Source: Methanosarcinaceae archaeon
Lineage (GTDB): Archaea; Halobacteriota; Methanosarcinia; Methanosarcinales; Methanosarcinaceae
Length of the DNA: 39,008 nt
Direction: 5' to 3'
NCBI GenBank assembly: GCA_003565715.1
Contig: PXAV01000019.1
Location: 1 to 39,008 of the forward strand
Positions 1 through 8,878 of this stretch are shown here, piece after piece. Positions within the stretch are counted from its first letter, which is position 1; each line of letters starts with the position of its first letter. The notes beneath the pieces were generated by a model. The model ran no database searches, was not told the origin of the DNA, and saw nothing but the letters and a program-made list of their open reading frames with translations. The translations under genes and the position numbers were made by a program.

Positions 1-288
1 GGCGGGGGCGAAGGCAAGGCCAAAGGCGAGGAAGAAGGCTTTGGAGGTGGAGGCGGAGCTGGTGCAAAGATAGAACCGATCGCATTTATTGTAGTATCTC
101 CACAAGGTACACACCTCATGAGCCTATCAGGACAGACGGATTTTGGCAAGCTCCTTGAATCCTTCCCCGGACTTATAGAGAAAGTCAGATCAATGAAGCA
201 AAGACCAAAGGAGGAGGGGGCTGGTCAGGAAGGGTCTGGCATGGACAGAGGAGAAGAAGAAGAAGAAAAAGAAACCGGTAAAGCCTGA
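1..288 (+). CDS. GerW/YtfJ family protein, 3' part (5' end outside window)
   Basis: Frame 1 reads GGGEGKAKGEEEGFGGGGGAGAKIEPIAFIVVS...ETGKA to TGA at 286-288. GGGGGAGAxIxPxAFxVV is the YtfJ/GerW signature. Not in the ORF track because the start is missing. Confidence 0.8.
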   Translation, partial: GGGEGKAKGEEEGFGGGGGAGAKIEPIAFIVVSPQGTHLMSLSGQTDFGKLLESFPGLIEKVRSMKQRPKEEGAGQEGSGMDRGEEEEEKETGKA

Positions 289-313
289 ATACAGGCTTTA
301 CCGGTTTCTTTTT
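266..313. terminator. Perfect 22-bp inverted repeat, candidate terminator or RNA-stability hairpin
   Basis: aaaaagaaaccggtaaagcctg (266-287), loop aata, caggctttaccggtttcttttt (292-313). Overlaps the upstream stop codon and ends in a T-run. Confidence 0.6.
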
Positions 314-327
314 AAAGAAAGGTCATC

Positions 328-1020
328 ATGTTATCTGTCCTGGCTTATATGCTAGTTTTTCTTCTAATTACTCTAATTATAGTTTTATCTACGGCATACG
401 ACATTATACTTAAGGTACATGGTCCTGGGTCCTCTGCAGATAATGAGATAAAAATCAAATGGCTTTGTTTCTCTATATATATTCGTCAACCAGTTACTAT
501 CCCTTTTTCTGGACGGGAGTCTGAAGAGGCTGTTAAATTATCCGATAAGGATTTTTCTGTAAAGAATGTTGATATCAATGACATATCAAAATACAGAAAA
601 CAAGTAGAAAAAATATCTTTTTCTAAGGTGCTTAAGACCTACAGGCAACTTAGATCACCTGCTTTCAGATTTCTCAAGGCATTTTCAAGATCTTTCAGGG
701 TACCTTATGCAAAAGCCAGTTTATTATTTGGGTTTAAGGACCCCTCATATACCGGCATTGCATGTGGCTATGCCTATGCCGTAAAGGGATATATCGATCG
801 CTATCATAATAACCTTGTATTTGAAATAGATCCTGATTTTGTAGATGAGGTTTTTGACCTTGAAATAGCAGGAAAACTACGTATAAGGCCATATCGCTTT
901 ATATTTCCCTTTATCCAATTTTTCCTGGACAGGGAAGTACTTCATTTTTGCTGGGAACGTTTTGTTTTCCATTGTAAAAAAAGGTTTCATAAATCCCACA
1001 CCGACCATTCCATGTGTTAA
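328..1020 (+). CDS. DUF2953 (YtfI-like) membrane-anchored protein
   Basis: N-terminal hydrophobic helix and FGFKDPSYTGIACG motif; usual partner of YtfJ. Confidence 0.7.
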   Translation: MLSVLAYMLVFLLITLIIVLSTAYDIILKVHGPGSSADNEIKIKWLCFSIYIRQPVTIPFSGRESEEAVKLSDKDFSVKNVDINDISKYRKQVEKISFSKVLKTYRQLRSPAFRFLKAFSRSFRVPYAKASLLFGFKDPSYTGIACGYAYAVKGYIDRYHNNLVFEIDPDFVDEVFDLEIAGKLRIRPYRFIFPFIQFFLDREVLHFCWERFVFHCKKRFHKSHTDHSMC

Positions 1021-1054
1021 TCTTTAATAGTATGTATCACTGATACTCAATTGC

Positions 1055-2014
1055 ATGATTAGCATCATATCCCCTTCAAGGCTTCATCTTAGCCTTCTTG
1101 ACATGAATGCCAGCATTGGCAGAGTGGATGGAGGGGTAGGCATCTCTCTTGGATCACCATGCAGCCAGATACTTGTTAAGAGGTCAGACACTATTGAAGT
1201 GGTGGGTGATTCCCTTCTCAAGGCAAAGATCGAGGATGCAGTAAGGAGCGTAATTCCTAAAGACGAGGGCATACACATACGGGTAGAGGATAATATGGAT
1301 GCCCATGTTGGTCTTGGTTCAGGGACCCAGGCAGCTCTGTCTGCAGCAGCTGCTGTGAATGAGCTTTACGGTTTGAACATGAGTGTCAGGGAGCTTGCCA
1401 TGGCAGTAGGCAGGGGGGGTACTTCAGGTATAGGTGTCGCTTCATTTGAGAAGGGTGGCTTCATTGTTGATGGTGGACACAAATTTTGTGAAAAAGGCTC
1501 GTTCTCTCCTTCATCTGCAAGCAGAGCAGAACCGGCACCTGTGCTTTTCAGGCATGATTTCCCAAAATGGGATATAATACTGGCACTACCTGACTTACAT
1601 GGGGCACATGATGCAAAAGAGGCCGATATATTTTTCAGGGAATGTCCGATCCCTGTTAATGAGGTTCAGGAACTGTGCCACATTATTCTTATGAAGATGA
1701 TGCCTGCAATTATAGAGGAGGATATAGAAGCCTTTGGATATTGCATCGATCATATACAGAGAACAGGATTCAAGCAGCGTGAGATCGCCCTTCAAAACCA
1801 GGCTGTTAGGGATATTATGGTATTGATGAAGGATCACGGTGCATATGGCTCGGGTATGAGTTCATTCGGACCTGCAGTATATGGTATAGTTGACAACAAA
1901 GAATATGCCTATTATATCAGAGAGGTTGTGCAGGAGTTTCTTAACAGAACAATAGGTGGAAGGGTAATTGTTACAAAAGCAAATAACACCGGCGCAGATA
2001 TACGGAGGGTCTGA
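1055..2014 (+). CDS. Beta-ribofuranosylaminobenzene 5'-phosphate (RFA-P) synthase, GHMP superfamily, methanopterin biosynthesis
   Basis: SPSRLHLSLLDM, GRVDGGVG, HVGLGSGTQ, GRGGTSGIG, GGFIVDGGH and GMSSFGP motifs. Confidence 0.9.
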   Translation: MISIISPSRLHLSLLDMNASIGRVDGGVGISLGSPCSQILVKRSDTIEVVGDSLLKAKIEDAVRSVIPKDEGIHIRVEDNMDAHVGLGSGTQAALSAAAAVNELYGLNMSVRELAMAVGRGGTSGIGVASFEKGGFIVDGGHKFCEKGSFSPSSASRAEPAPVLFRHDFPKWDIILALPDLHGAHDAKEADIFFRECPIPVNEVQELCHIILMKMMPAIIEEDIEAFGYCIDHIQRTGFKQREIALQNQAVRDIMVLMKDHGAYGSGMSSFGPAVYGIVDNKEYAYYIREVVQEFLNRTIGGRVIVTKANNTGADIRRV

Positions 2015-3077
2015 TATAAAAGAAAAGGAATTCAATACGTGGTTTGGGACACTATTGCTTGATGATGAAGGAAGAATCGATGATTGCATTCTTTTTGATA
2101 ACGATCCTGAAATGCTGGCTGCAGTTGTGGTAAAACTACAGAAGGAAATGCTGCCCGTTCCCTTGAGAAGACCTGATATCAGAGAAGCGGCTATTGAGTG
2201 TGGCTTTGTCAAGTTAGATGAAGAATATGATATACTGCTTAGGGATGTGTGTATCAGGGCCGTAAAAAATCAGATATCGCGTGCAGATGCAGATGACTCA
2301 AGGATTATCCAAGCTGTTGAGGCCCTTGATGATATAGACAGGAACGTTAACGAACTGGGTGAGAGGCTTTTTGAATGGTATGGAAGGTATTTCCCTGAGC
2401 TGGACATGACTGGGGAGGAACTTGCAAGGTTTGTTTCTACTTATGGCTCGAGGACCAATGTACCATCAGATCATCATCTCTTTGAGAAAGCTTCCAGGTC
2501 AATGGGTCCAGAACTTTCTTTTACAGATGAGGAAATCATAAGGGCATTCGCAAACAACATTTGTAGTCTGTATGACACACGCAGATATATAGAGAATTAC
2601 ATTAATAACAGCATGGGTTCAGTTGCACCTAACCTGTGCAATGTAGCAGGGGCATCTCTTGGTGCAAGGCTTATGAGCATGGCAGGCAGTCTGGAGAAAC
2701 TTGCTTCATTTCCTTCAAGCACTGTGCAGGTCATCGGTGCAAACCGAGCCCTCTTCAAGCATTTACGCACAAAGGCCCCCTCCCCAAAACATGGTATTAT
2801 TTTCAACCATCCATTCATCAAGAATGCCCCATGGTGGCAGAGGGGTAAAATTGCAAGGACCTTAGCCTCCAGGATAAGCCTGGCTTCAAGAACTGATTTT
2901 TACTCAGGTGAACCGGACACATCCATTATACTTTGTCTTGAGAAGAAGCTTGAGATCATACGCAAAGCTAATCCTGTACCTCCAAAGCGTGAACCACAAA
3001 AAAAATCTCCTGTAAGGGGAAAGAGCAGAAAAGGCAAACAGGGATCAAGAGGGAAAATGAAAGGAGGTAAGAACTGA
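1968..3077 (+). CDS. nop5: Nop5/Nop56-like box C/D RNP protein (true start may be near 2016)
   Basis: Nop domain motifs WYGRYFPEL, PSSTVQVIGA and PKHGIIF; basic C-terminal tail; directly upstream of fibrillarin. Confidence 0.9.
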   Translation: MLQKQITPAQIYGGSDIKEKEFNTWFGTLLLDDEGRIDDCILFDNDPEMLAAVVVKLQKEMLPVPLRRPDIREAAIECGFVKLDEEYDILLRDVCIRAVKNQISRADADDSRIIQAVEALDDIDRNVNELGERLFEWYGRYFPELDMTGEELARFVSTYGSRTNVPSDHHLFEKASRSMGPELSFTDEEIIRAFANNICSLYDTRRYIENYINNSMGSVAPNLCNVAGASLGARLMSMAGSLEKLASFPSSTVQVIGANRALFKHLRTKAPSPKHGIIFNHPFIKNAPWWQRGKIARTLASRISLASRTDFYSGEPDTSIILCLEKKLEIIRKANPVPPKREPQKKSPVRGKSRKGKQGSRGKMKGGKN

Positions 3078-3763
3078 TGTTGGTAAGGGAATTATACAGC
3101 GGAGCCTATGAGCTTGACAGCGGTGACCGAAAAATGCTTGCAACAAGGAATATGATGCCTGGTATGAGTGTATATGGTGAGCGTCTCATAATTGAGGAAG
3201 ATATTGAGTATCGCCTTTGGGATCCTGGCAGAAGTAAACTTGGATCGATGTTGCTCAAAAAATTTGATATACCAATTGAACAGGATTCCACAGTACTATA
3301 TCTTGGTGCAGCCTCTGGAACTACCGTAAGCCACGTATCAGATATGCTCATGGATGGTCTTGTATATGCTTTAGAATTCTCTCCACGTACCATGCGTGAC
3401 CTTGTCCAGTTATGTGAAATTCGTCCAAACATTATTCCAATATTTGCTGATGCCAATAAGCCTCATTCTTATGCACACATAGTAGAGAAAGCAGACGTTA
3501 TCTTCCAGGATATTGCCCAACCCAACCAGGCCGAGATAGCTGCGATCAATTCAAAATATTTTCTCGGCGAGGAAGGATACCTTATGCTATCTATAAAATC
3601 AAGGAGTATAGATACGATTGCAAATCCAAGAAAAGTCTTCAGGGAAGAGTTAGCTAAACTTCAGAATGATTTTAGTATTGAGTTTGAGGTGCTGGATAGA
3701 AAAGAACTTGCTCCATTCCACGAAGATCACTTGGGTGTGCTGGCAAAAAGGTTTATGGGTTAA
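3077..3763 (+). CDS. flpA: Fibrillarin-like rRNA/tRNA 2'-O-methyltransferase
   Basis: VYGE, WDPGRSKL, VLYLGAASGTTVSHVSD and QDIAQPNQA motifs; TGATG overlap with nop5. Confidence 0.95.
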   Translation: MLVRELYSGAYELDSGDRKMLATRNMMPGMSVYGERLIIEEDIEYRLWDPGRSKLGSMLLKKFDIPIEQDSTVLYLGAASGTTVSHVSDMLMDGLVYALEFSPRTMRDLVQLCEIRPNIIPIFADANKPHSYAHIVEKADVIFQDIAQPNQAEIAAINSKYFLGEEGYLMLSIKSRSIDTIANPRKVFREELAKLQNDFSIEFEVLDRKELAPFHEDHLGVLAKRFMG

Positions 3764-3902
3764 CAAAAGTGTTAAGCATATATGTTACATATAAACAGCC
3801 AATAAAATTATTGTTCTTTTTATCCATTTATAGTCTATTTTGATCGATTATGTTTTTTCTACGCATAACAGACTAAAAAGATATGTGATCTCTCTTCAAA
3901 TC

Positions 3903-3953
3903 AAAACCTTTATGTATTCTCTTCTCATAAATGAGACACTGCTAATATTTGAG
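3903..3953 (+). promoter_or_regulatory. BRE/TATA followed by tandem palindromes, candidate RbkR operator
   Basis: AAAACC-TTTATGTA (3903-3916), then TCTCAT-AA-ATGAGA (3923-3936) and an imperfect copy CTAAT-AT-TTGAG (3942-3953). Confidence 0.55.
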
Positions 3954-3970
3954 TCAGCTGTGGTAACTCT

Positions 3971-4639
3971 ATGTATACAATAATATCTCTGAAAAAGCTG
4001 GCACTACTTGGTGCTTTCCAAAGACCCGTGAAGCTATCTTCCAGCGAGTTCATGCATCACATATCGGCAAGTTCAAAGACTGCAGCAAGGGTGCTTAAGC
4101 AGCTTGAAGAGGATGGCTATATATCCCGAAATCTTGTTGCAGGTGGACAAATGGTACACCTGACTGAAAAAGGGATTGCAGTTCTGAAGAAAGAATATAG
4201 CGATTATCAACGTATATTCTGCAAAGGTCATTCTGACCTGGAACTCTATGGGCACGTTATCACAGGTCTTGGAGAAGGTCAGTACTATATATCAAAGGAT
4301 GGATATATGGATCAGTTCAGAGATAAGCTGGATTTCCAACCATTTCCCGGTACACTTAATATAAGACTCACTGAGCAGAGTTCACAGGTGCGTGGCATTC
4401 TGGGCACGATGAAGCCTCTGATCATACATGGTTTTAACAACGGTGAACGTAGTTTTGGCGGTGGCAAGTGTTATCCTATTGAAATAGGGGGCGTAAAGGG
4501 TGCTGTTATAATACCAGAAAGGACACATTATCCAGATGACCTGCTTGAGATTATATCACCTGTAAAACTTCGCAAGGCTCTAAATATAGACGATGGTGAT
4601 GAAGTAAGGATTGTTATGAAGAATCCTTCACTAATGTAG
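3971..4639 (+). CDS. ribK: CTP-dependent riboflavin kinase with N-terminal winged HTH (RbkR type)
   Basis: wHTH (SSKTAARVLKQLEEDGYISR) plus GLGEGQYY, PFPGTLN and PERTHY kinase motifs. Confidence 0.92.
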   Translation: MYTIISLKKLALLGAFQRPVKLSSSEFMHHISASSKTAARVLKQLEEDGYISRNLVAGGQMVHLTEKGIAVLKKEYSDYQRIFCKGHSDLELYGHVITGLGEGQYYISKDGYMDQFRDKLDFQPFPGTLNIRLTEQSSQVRGILGTMKPLIIHGFNNGERSFGGGKCYPIEIGGVKGAVIIPERTHYPDDLLEIISPVKLRKALNIDDGDEVRIVMKNPSLM

Positions 4640-4687
4640 CTGATGTTATGGAACTTATGAACAAGCGATAAACAAGAGTGATTATTC

Positions 4688-5437
4688 ATGAACGGTAATA
4701 AGAATCCTGGTCTGAAAGAATACAGTGAGAATATGCAAAAGGCTATAAAAGCTCTTCAGAATAATGAAATGGTACTTCTTTTTGACCTGGAGGGTAGGGA
4801 GGCTGAAACAGATTTCACTATGCCCGCAAAAGCCGTCACACCATCAGATATCAGGTTGATGCGCAAGGATGCAGGTGGCCTTATATGTGTTGCACTCGAT
4901 CATCAGGTATCTGAGAAGCTATGCCTGCCTTTTATGGCAGACATACTAAAGGATTCCAATCATTGTAGAGAGGCTCTGGACCGGGTCGTAGAAAAGGGTG
5001 GGGACCTTAAATACGATTCTCGTTCATCTTTTTCCATCTGGGTTAACCATAGGGATACCCGTACAGGGATTCCTGACAATGATCGGGCTTTGACCATCAA
5101 CAAACTTGGAGAGGTAGTTGAAAGGACTCTTAATGATGAACAAATCCATTTTGGTAGCGAGTTCCGCACACCCGGGCATGTTGCAACCCTGCGTGCAGCA
5201 AAAGACCTTGTTCATGGGCGAATGGGGCAGACCGAACTCTCCATCACCCTTGCAAAGATAGCAGGTATCACTCCGGCCATGGTTGTATGCGAGATGCTGG
5301 ATGACAATAATGGCAAAGCTCTTTCTAAGGATGATGCAAAGAAATATGGTGAGAAACACAACCTTGTTTTCATAGAGGGTGAGGAGATAGCCGAGGCATA
5401 TGAGGTGTGGTTGAGTCTTAAGTCTTGGAAAAGCTAA
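4688..5437 (+). CDS. ribB: 3,4-dihydroxy-2-butanone 4-phosphate synthase
   Basis: REAETD, DAGGLICVAL, TGIPDNDRALT, FRTPGHV, RMGQTE and VCEMLD motifs. Confidence 0.95.
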   Translation: MNGNKNPGLKEYSENMQKAIKALQNNEMVLLFDLEGREAETDFTMPAKAVTPSDIRLMRKDAGGLICVALDHQVSEKLCLPFMADILKDSNHCREALDRVVEKGGDLKYDSRSSFSIWVNHRDTRTGIPDNDRALTINKLGEVVERTLNDEQIHFGSEFRTPGHVATLRAAKDLVHGRMGQTELSITLAKIAGITPAMVVCEMLDDNNGKALSKDDAKKYGEKHNLVFIEGEEIAEAYEVWLSLKSWKS

Positions 5438-5470
5438 AATAGTGTAATGTATATCTAGTTACAATCCTGC

Positions 5471-5548
5471 GGGACTGTAGGGTAGCCTGGTCCATCCTGT
5501 TAGGCTGGGGGTCTAGCGACTGGAGTTCAAATCTCCGCAGTCCCACCA
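5471..5548 (+). tRNA. tRNA-Pro (GGG)
   Basis: Acceptor GGGACTG/CAGTCCC, anticodon loop CT-GGG-GG, T-arm GGAG-TTCAAAT-CTCC, encoded ACCA end. Confidence 0.93.
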
Positions 5549-5658
5549 TTTTCAGTATATGTTCTATGGGATCTACTTTTTTATGGAATCACTTCTATCA
5601 GGTCAATGATACGGATCAACGGTTTTGTTTCTTCTTTAAAGGAAAAGGAAGATGGGAT

Positions 5659-6066
5659 CTAAGGTACTAGTATTTCATCAATTGCATGTATCACACCGTT
5701 ATTACATTCAATATCTCCTTTGATTATGTTTGCAGTATCTATCTTTATTCCATCCCTGGCATTTATCTTCAGCTTGTTTCCGCTTACAGTTTCAAATTCT
5801 GTGAGCTTTTCAAGGTCTGATATGTTGTATTTACCTTCAACTATATGGTAATTTATAATTCCAAGCAGGTAAGTCCGGTCATTGAACGATTCATCGATAA
5901 CTTCATCGGGTATGGGGGAAAATGCTGATTCTATAGGTGCAAAGATGGTGAAAAGTCCTTCATTACTGTATTTTTCTATCAACTTGAGCTTTTCTGCTGC
6001 ATCAAGGAGCGTAGAGAAGGATCCCATATCCCTTGCAGTTGCAATAAGATTATTTAATTCGGTCAT
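5659..6066 (-). CDS. Fasciclin (FAS1) domain protein
   Basis: FTIFAP, YHIVEG and DIECNNGVIHAIDEILVP motifs; no obvious signal peptide. Confidence 0.9.
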   Translation of the reverse strand: MTELNNLIATARDMGSFSTLLDAAEKLKLIEKYSNEGLFTIFAPIESAFSPIPDEVIDESFNDRTYLLGIINYHIVEGKYNISDLEKLTEFETVSGNKLKINARDGIKIDTANIIKGDIECNNGVIHAIDEILVP

Positions 6067-6197
6067 TTTCTAATCCTCTTTTTACATTCTTTATGTTCTT
6101 TACCATTAAAAAATATTTGAAGAACTGTTCCTTTCCGGAACTACCAATCGAAATCATTAATAAGAAATCATCCTTACTTGCTAAACGGTGATGTACC

Positions 6198-7106
6198 ATG
6201 GTCTCTGCAGTTATAGCAAAGGACCTGCACAAATATTTCAAAGACCAACTAGCTGTAAAAAATATCAGCTTCAGTATTGAGGAAGGTGAGACATTTGGAT
6301 TTTTGGGTCCAAACGGAGCAGGCAAGACCACTACTATGAGGATGATACAATGTGTATCTCCAATAAGTAGAGGTAAACTAGAGATAATGGGTATGGATAC
6401 CACAAAATATCACAGAGAGATTAAATCCTTTATGGGTGTTGTACCTCAGGAAAACAATCTTGATGGTGATTTCACTGTATATGAGAACCTTCTTGTCTAT
6501 TCACGATATTTTGACATTCCACGTGGAGAGGCAGATAAAAGGATAGATGAACTGCTGGATTTTGTACATCTCCTGGAAAAAAGGGACGTTATGACAGAAA
6601 GTCTGTCTGGTGGAATGAAAAGAAGGCTTGTTCTTGCAAGGGCTCTTATTAATCGACCACGCATTCTTATACTAGATGAGCCCACAGTTGGACTCGACCC
6701 TCAGGCGCGTCACATGATATGGGAAAAACTAAGATCCCTGAAAAGACAGGGTGTTACCATTGTTATTACATCCCATTATCTTGATGAGGTGGAAAAATTG
6801 TGTGACAGGCTGGTGGTGATGGACTATGGTAAAATACTGGTTCAGGGAACTCCCGGCGGTGTTATTGAGAGGTTTATAGGCTCGAATATAATCGAAGCTG
6901 AGAACGATCCGGCGATACTGGAATGTCTAAAGCAAAAGGATGCAAGTTATGAGATAATGGGTGACATTGTTCACATATATGCAGCAAACACAGCTGAGAT
7001 ATCAGAGTATCTTCTTATGGAATGCTCATTCCCGAAAATCACAGCAAGGCCTGCTACACTAGAAGATGTCTTCCTTAAACTGACTGGCAGGAGGCTAAGG
7101 GAATGA
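6198..7106 (+). CDS. ABC-2 exporter ATP-binding subunit (NodI/DrrA-like)
   Basis: GPNGAGKTT, LSGGMKRR, LILDEPT and C-terminal TLEDVFLKLTG. Confidence 0.9.
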   Translation: MVSAVIAKDLHKYFKDQLAVKNISFSIEEGETFGFLGPNGAGKTTTMRMIQCVSPISRGKLEIMGMDTTKYHREIKSFMGVVPQENNLDGDFTVYENLLVYSRYFDIPRGEADKRIDELLDFVHLLEKRDVMTESLSGGMKRRLVLARALINRPRILILDEPTVGLDPQARHMIWEKLRSLKRQGVTIVITSHYLDEVEKLCDRLVVMDYGKILVQGTPGGVIERFIGSNIIEAENDPAILECLKQKDASYEIMGDIVHIYAANTAEISEYLLMECSFPKITARPATLEDVFLKLTGRRLRE

Positions 7107-7894
7107 ATATCCAAGGTTATCTGAAGATACCCTCTATAAGCATAAGGGCCTTTAAGGTCTGGCAGAGGAACAGGGATGTTTTTATGAAAGACATCAAACT
7201 AAACTTCCTTCCTCCATTGCTTGAACCAATGCTATATCTTATAGCATTGGGTTTTGGTCTTGGTAAGTTCGTAGAGAGCATAAATGGTGTTCCCTATGTT
7301 GTATTCATTGCACCTGCACTTATCGCAGTTTCTGTTATGTATGCCTCTTTTTTTGAGTGCAGCTATGGCTCCTATGTCAGAATGTACTATCAAAAGATAT
7401 TTGATGCAATTGTGGCTACACCCCTGACAATTGATGATGTGATAGCAGGTGAACTTTTATGGGGGGCTACAAGGAGTATGATAAATGCAAGTATTATGGT
7501 TCCTGTTATAGGTATCTTCGGACTTATAGATCTGAAGTATTCTTTACTTATAATACCTTTCGCTTTTTTTGGTGGCTTGCTTTTTGCTGCTATTGGTATG
7601 TGTTTTGCTGCAGTTACGCCGAATATAATGTCTATTAATTATCCTGTACTTCTTTTCATTACTCCTATGTTCCTTTTCAGTGGCACATTCTTTCCAATAG
7701 ATGTCCTTCCTTTGCCAGTACAATACTTTGCAACAGCCTTTTTACCCCTTACGCATATAGTTAACGTAATCAGATCTCTGGCATTTGGTGTAATAGACAG
7801 TTCCCTGCTATTTGGGATCATATGGGTACTTATCGTTGGATCGATACTGATTGTAATATCTATAAATCTTATGAAGAGAAGACTGGTTGTATGA
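7103..7894 (+). CDS. ABC-2 exporter permease (NodJ-like)
   Basis: About six TM helices, PMFLFSGTFFP and LPLTH motifs; ATGA overlap with the ATPase gene. Confidence 0.9.
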   Translation: MNIQGYLKIPSISIRAFKVWQRNRDVFMKDIKLNFLPPLLEPMLYLIALGFGLGKFVESINGVPYVVFIAPALIAVSVMYASFFECSYGSYVRMYYQKIFDAIVATPLTIDDVIAGELLWGATRSMINASIMVPVIGIFGLIDLKYSLLIIPFAFFGGLLFAAIGMCFAAVTPNIMSINYPVLLFITPMFLFSGTFFPIDVLPLPVQYFATAFLPLTHIVNVIRSLAFGVIDSSLLFGIIWVLIVGSILIVISINLMKRRLVV

Positions 7895-7968
7895 TCTCTC
7901 ATTATTTTTTTCATATCACTGTATTTGTAGCGATAATTTGATAATATAATTGTTCAATTGTTGTAGCA

Positions 7969-8874
7969 ATGAAAATATTCCTTATCCTTACACTATGCAT
8001 TCTGGGTATTACGTTACTTACAGGTGGATGTATCAATGATATCATACCTCTGGGTGATGGGGATACTGCTACTGATCCATCTGAATATGAGTTTGATGTT
8101 TTTCTAAATGGGATGCATGGTGAAGAAGAGTTCGTGCCGGTTCACACATTCTATCTGTCAAAGGACGGTTATACAAAGGCCGTTTCCATGGTTGAGAATA
8201 AATCAGTTCTCAATATCGTACCTATGGAAAGCCTGAGAACTTCAAGTGAAGGAACAATAAGTGATATTGTCATACTAGGGCAAATAACCCATAATACTAA
8301 TTCAATGCCTGAGTCATTTACAGACTTCTCGCGTATGCAGCAATCCCTTGATATCAACTACACGACATCAGAAAAAGTTATCCGTGGACAGAAAAACGTA
8401 TTCATTGAATTTGAAGAACCGGTTACTGGTTTTGTAGCTTATACAATGTCAATACCCCAGGGACATGACTTTATGTACGTTACAACGCCACCATCCATCG
8501 TTCGTTTTGTTCTGCCCGAAGGATACACAACTGGCAATCCACTTATCGGCAGACCCAAACCAACTCCTGACTCTGTCTATCATGATACATCAGGACGTGA
8601 GAACCTTGTATGGTATAATGATGGCAGACCATCAGGATTTATGAGCATGCTTGCAAGATATTCCGACGCTGAAGTAGAACCAATTCCAAAGCTTATCAGT
8701 GTCAAGTTCTACACAACATCAGCACCAAGGAATCTTGCAATAGCTGTCATCATTCTTGGACTTATTTCAGCATATGTATTTTTAAGATACAGGGCAGAGA
8801 AACAAAGGCTTGAGGATATTCGCAAGGGAATTGAAAAACAGGTCAAGTTGCCCAAAAAGAAAGGCAAGGAATGA
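7969..8874 (+). CDS. Uncharacterised surface protein with lipoprotein-like signal and C-terminal TM helix (possibly DUF5803)
   Basis: MKIFLILTLCILGITLLTGGC lipobox-like N-terminus; LAIAVIILGLISAYVFL TM helix followed by a basic tail. Confidence 0.65.
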   Translation: MKIFLILTLCILGITLLTGGCINDIIPLGDGDTATDPSEYEFDVFLNGMHGEEEFVPVHTFYLSKDGYTKAVSMVENKSVLNIVPMESLRTSSEGTISDIVILGQITHNTNSMPESFTDFSRMQQSLDINYTTSEKVIRGQKNVFIEFEEPVTGFVAYTMSIPQGHDFMYVTTPPSIVRFVLPEGYTTGNPLIGRPKPTPDSVYHDTSGRENLVWYNDGRPSGFMSMLARYSDAEVEPIPKLISVKFYTTSAPRNLAIAVIILGLISAYVFLRYRAEKQRLEDIRKGIEKQVKLPKKKGKE

Positions 8875-8878
8875 GGCA

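Noticed and set aside
5581-5661. Pyrrolysine read-through of the fasciclin TAG (25 further open codons), and of other TAG-ending genes
   Set aside because: The FAS1 domain is already complete at the TAG and an open run this short is expected by chance. The other TAG-ending genes are also full length.
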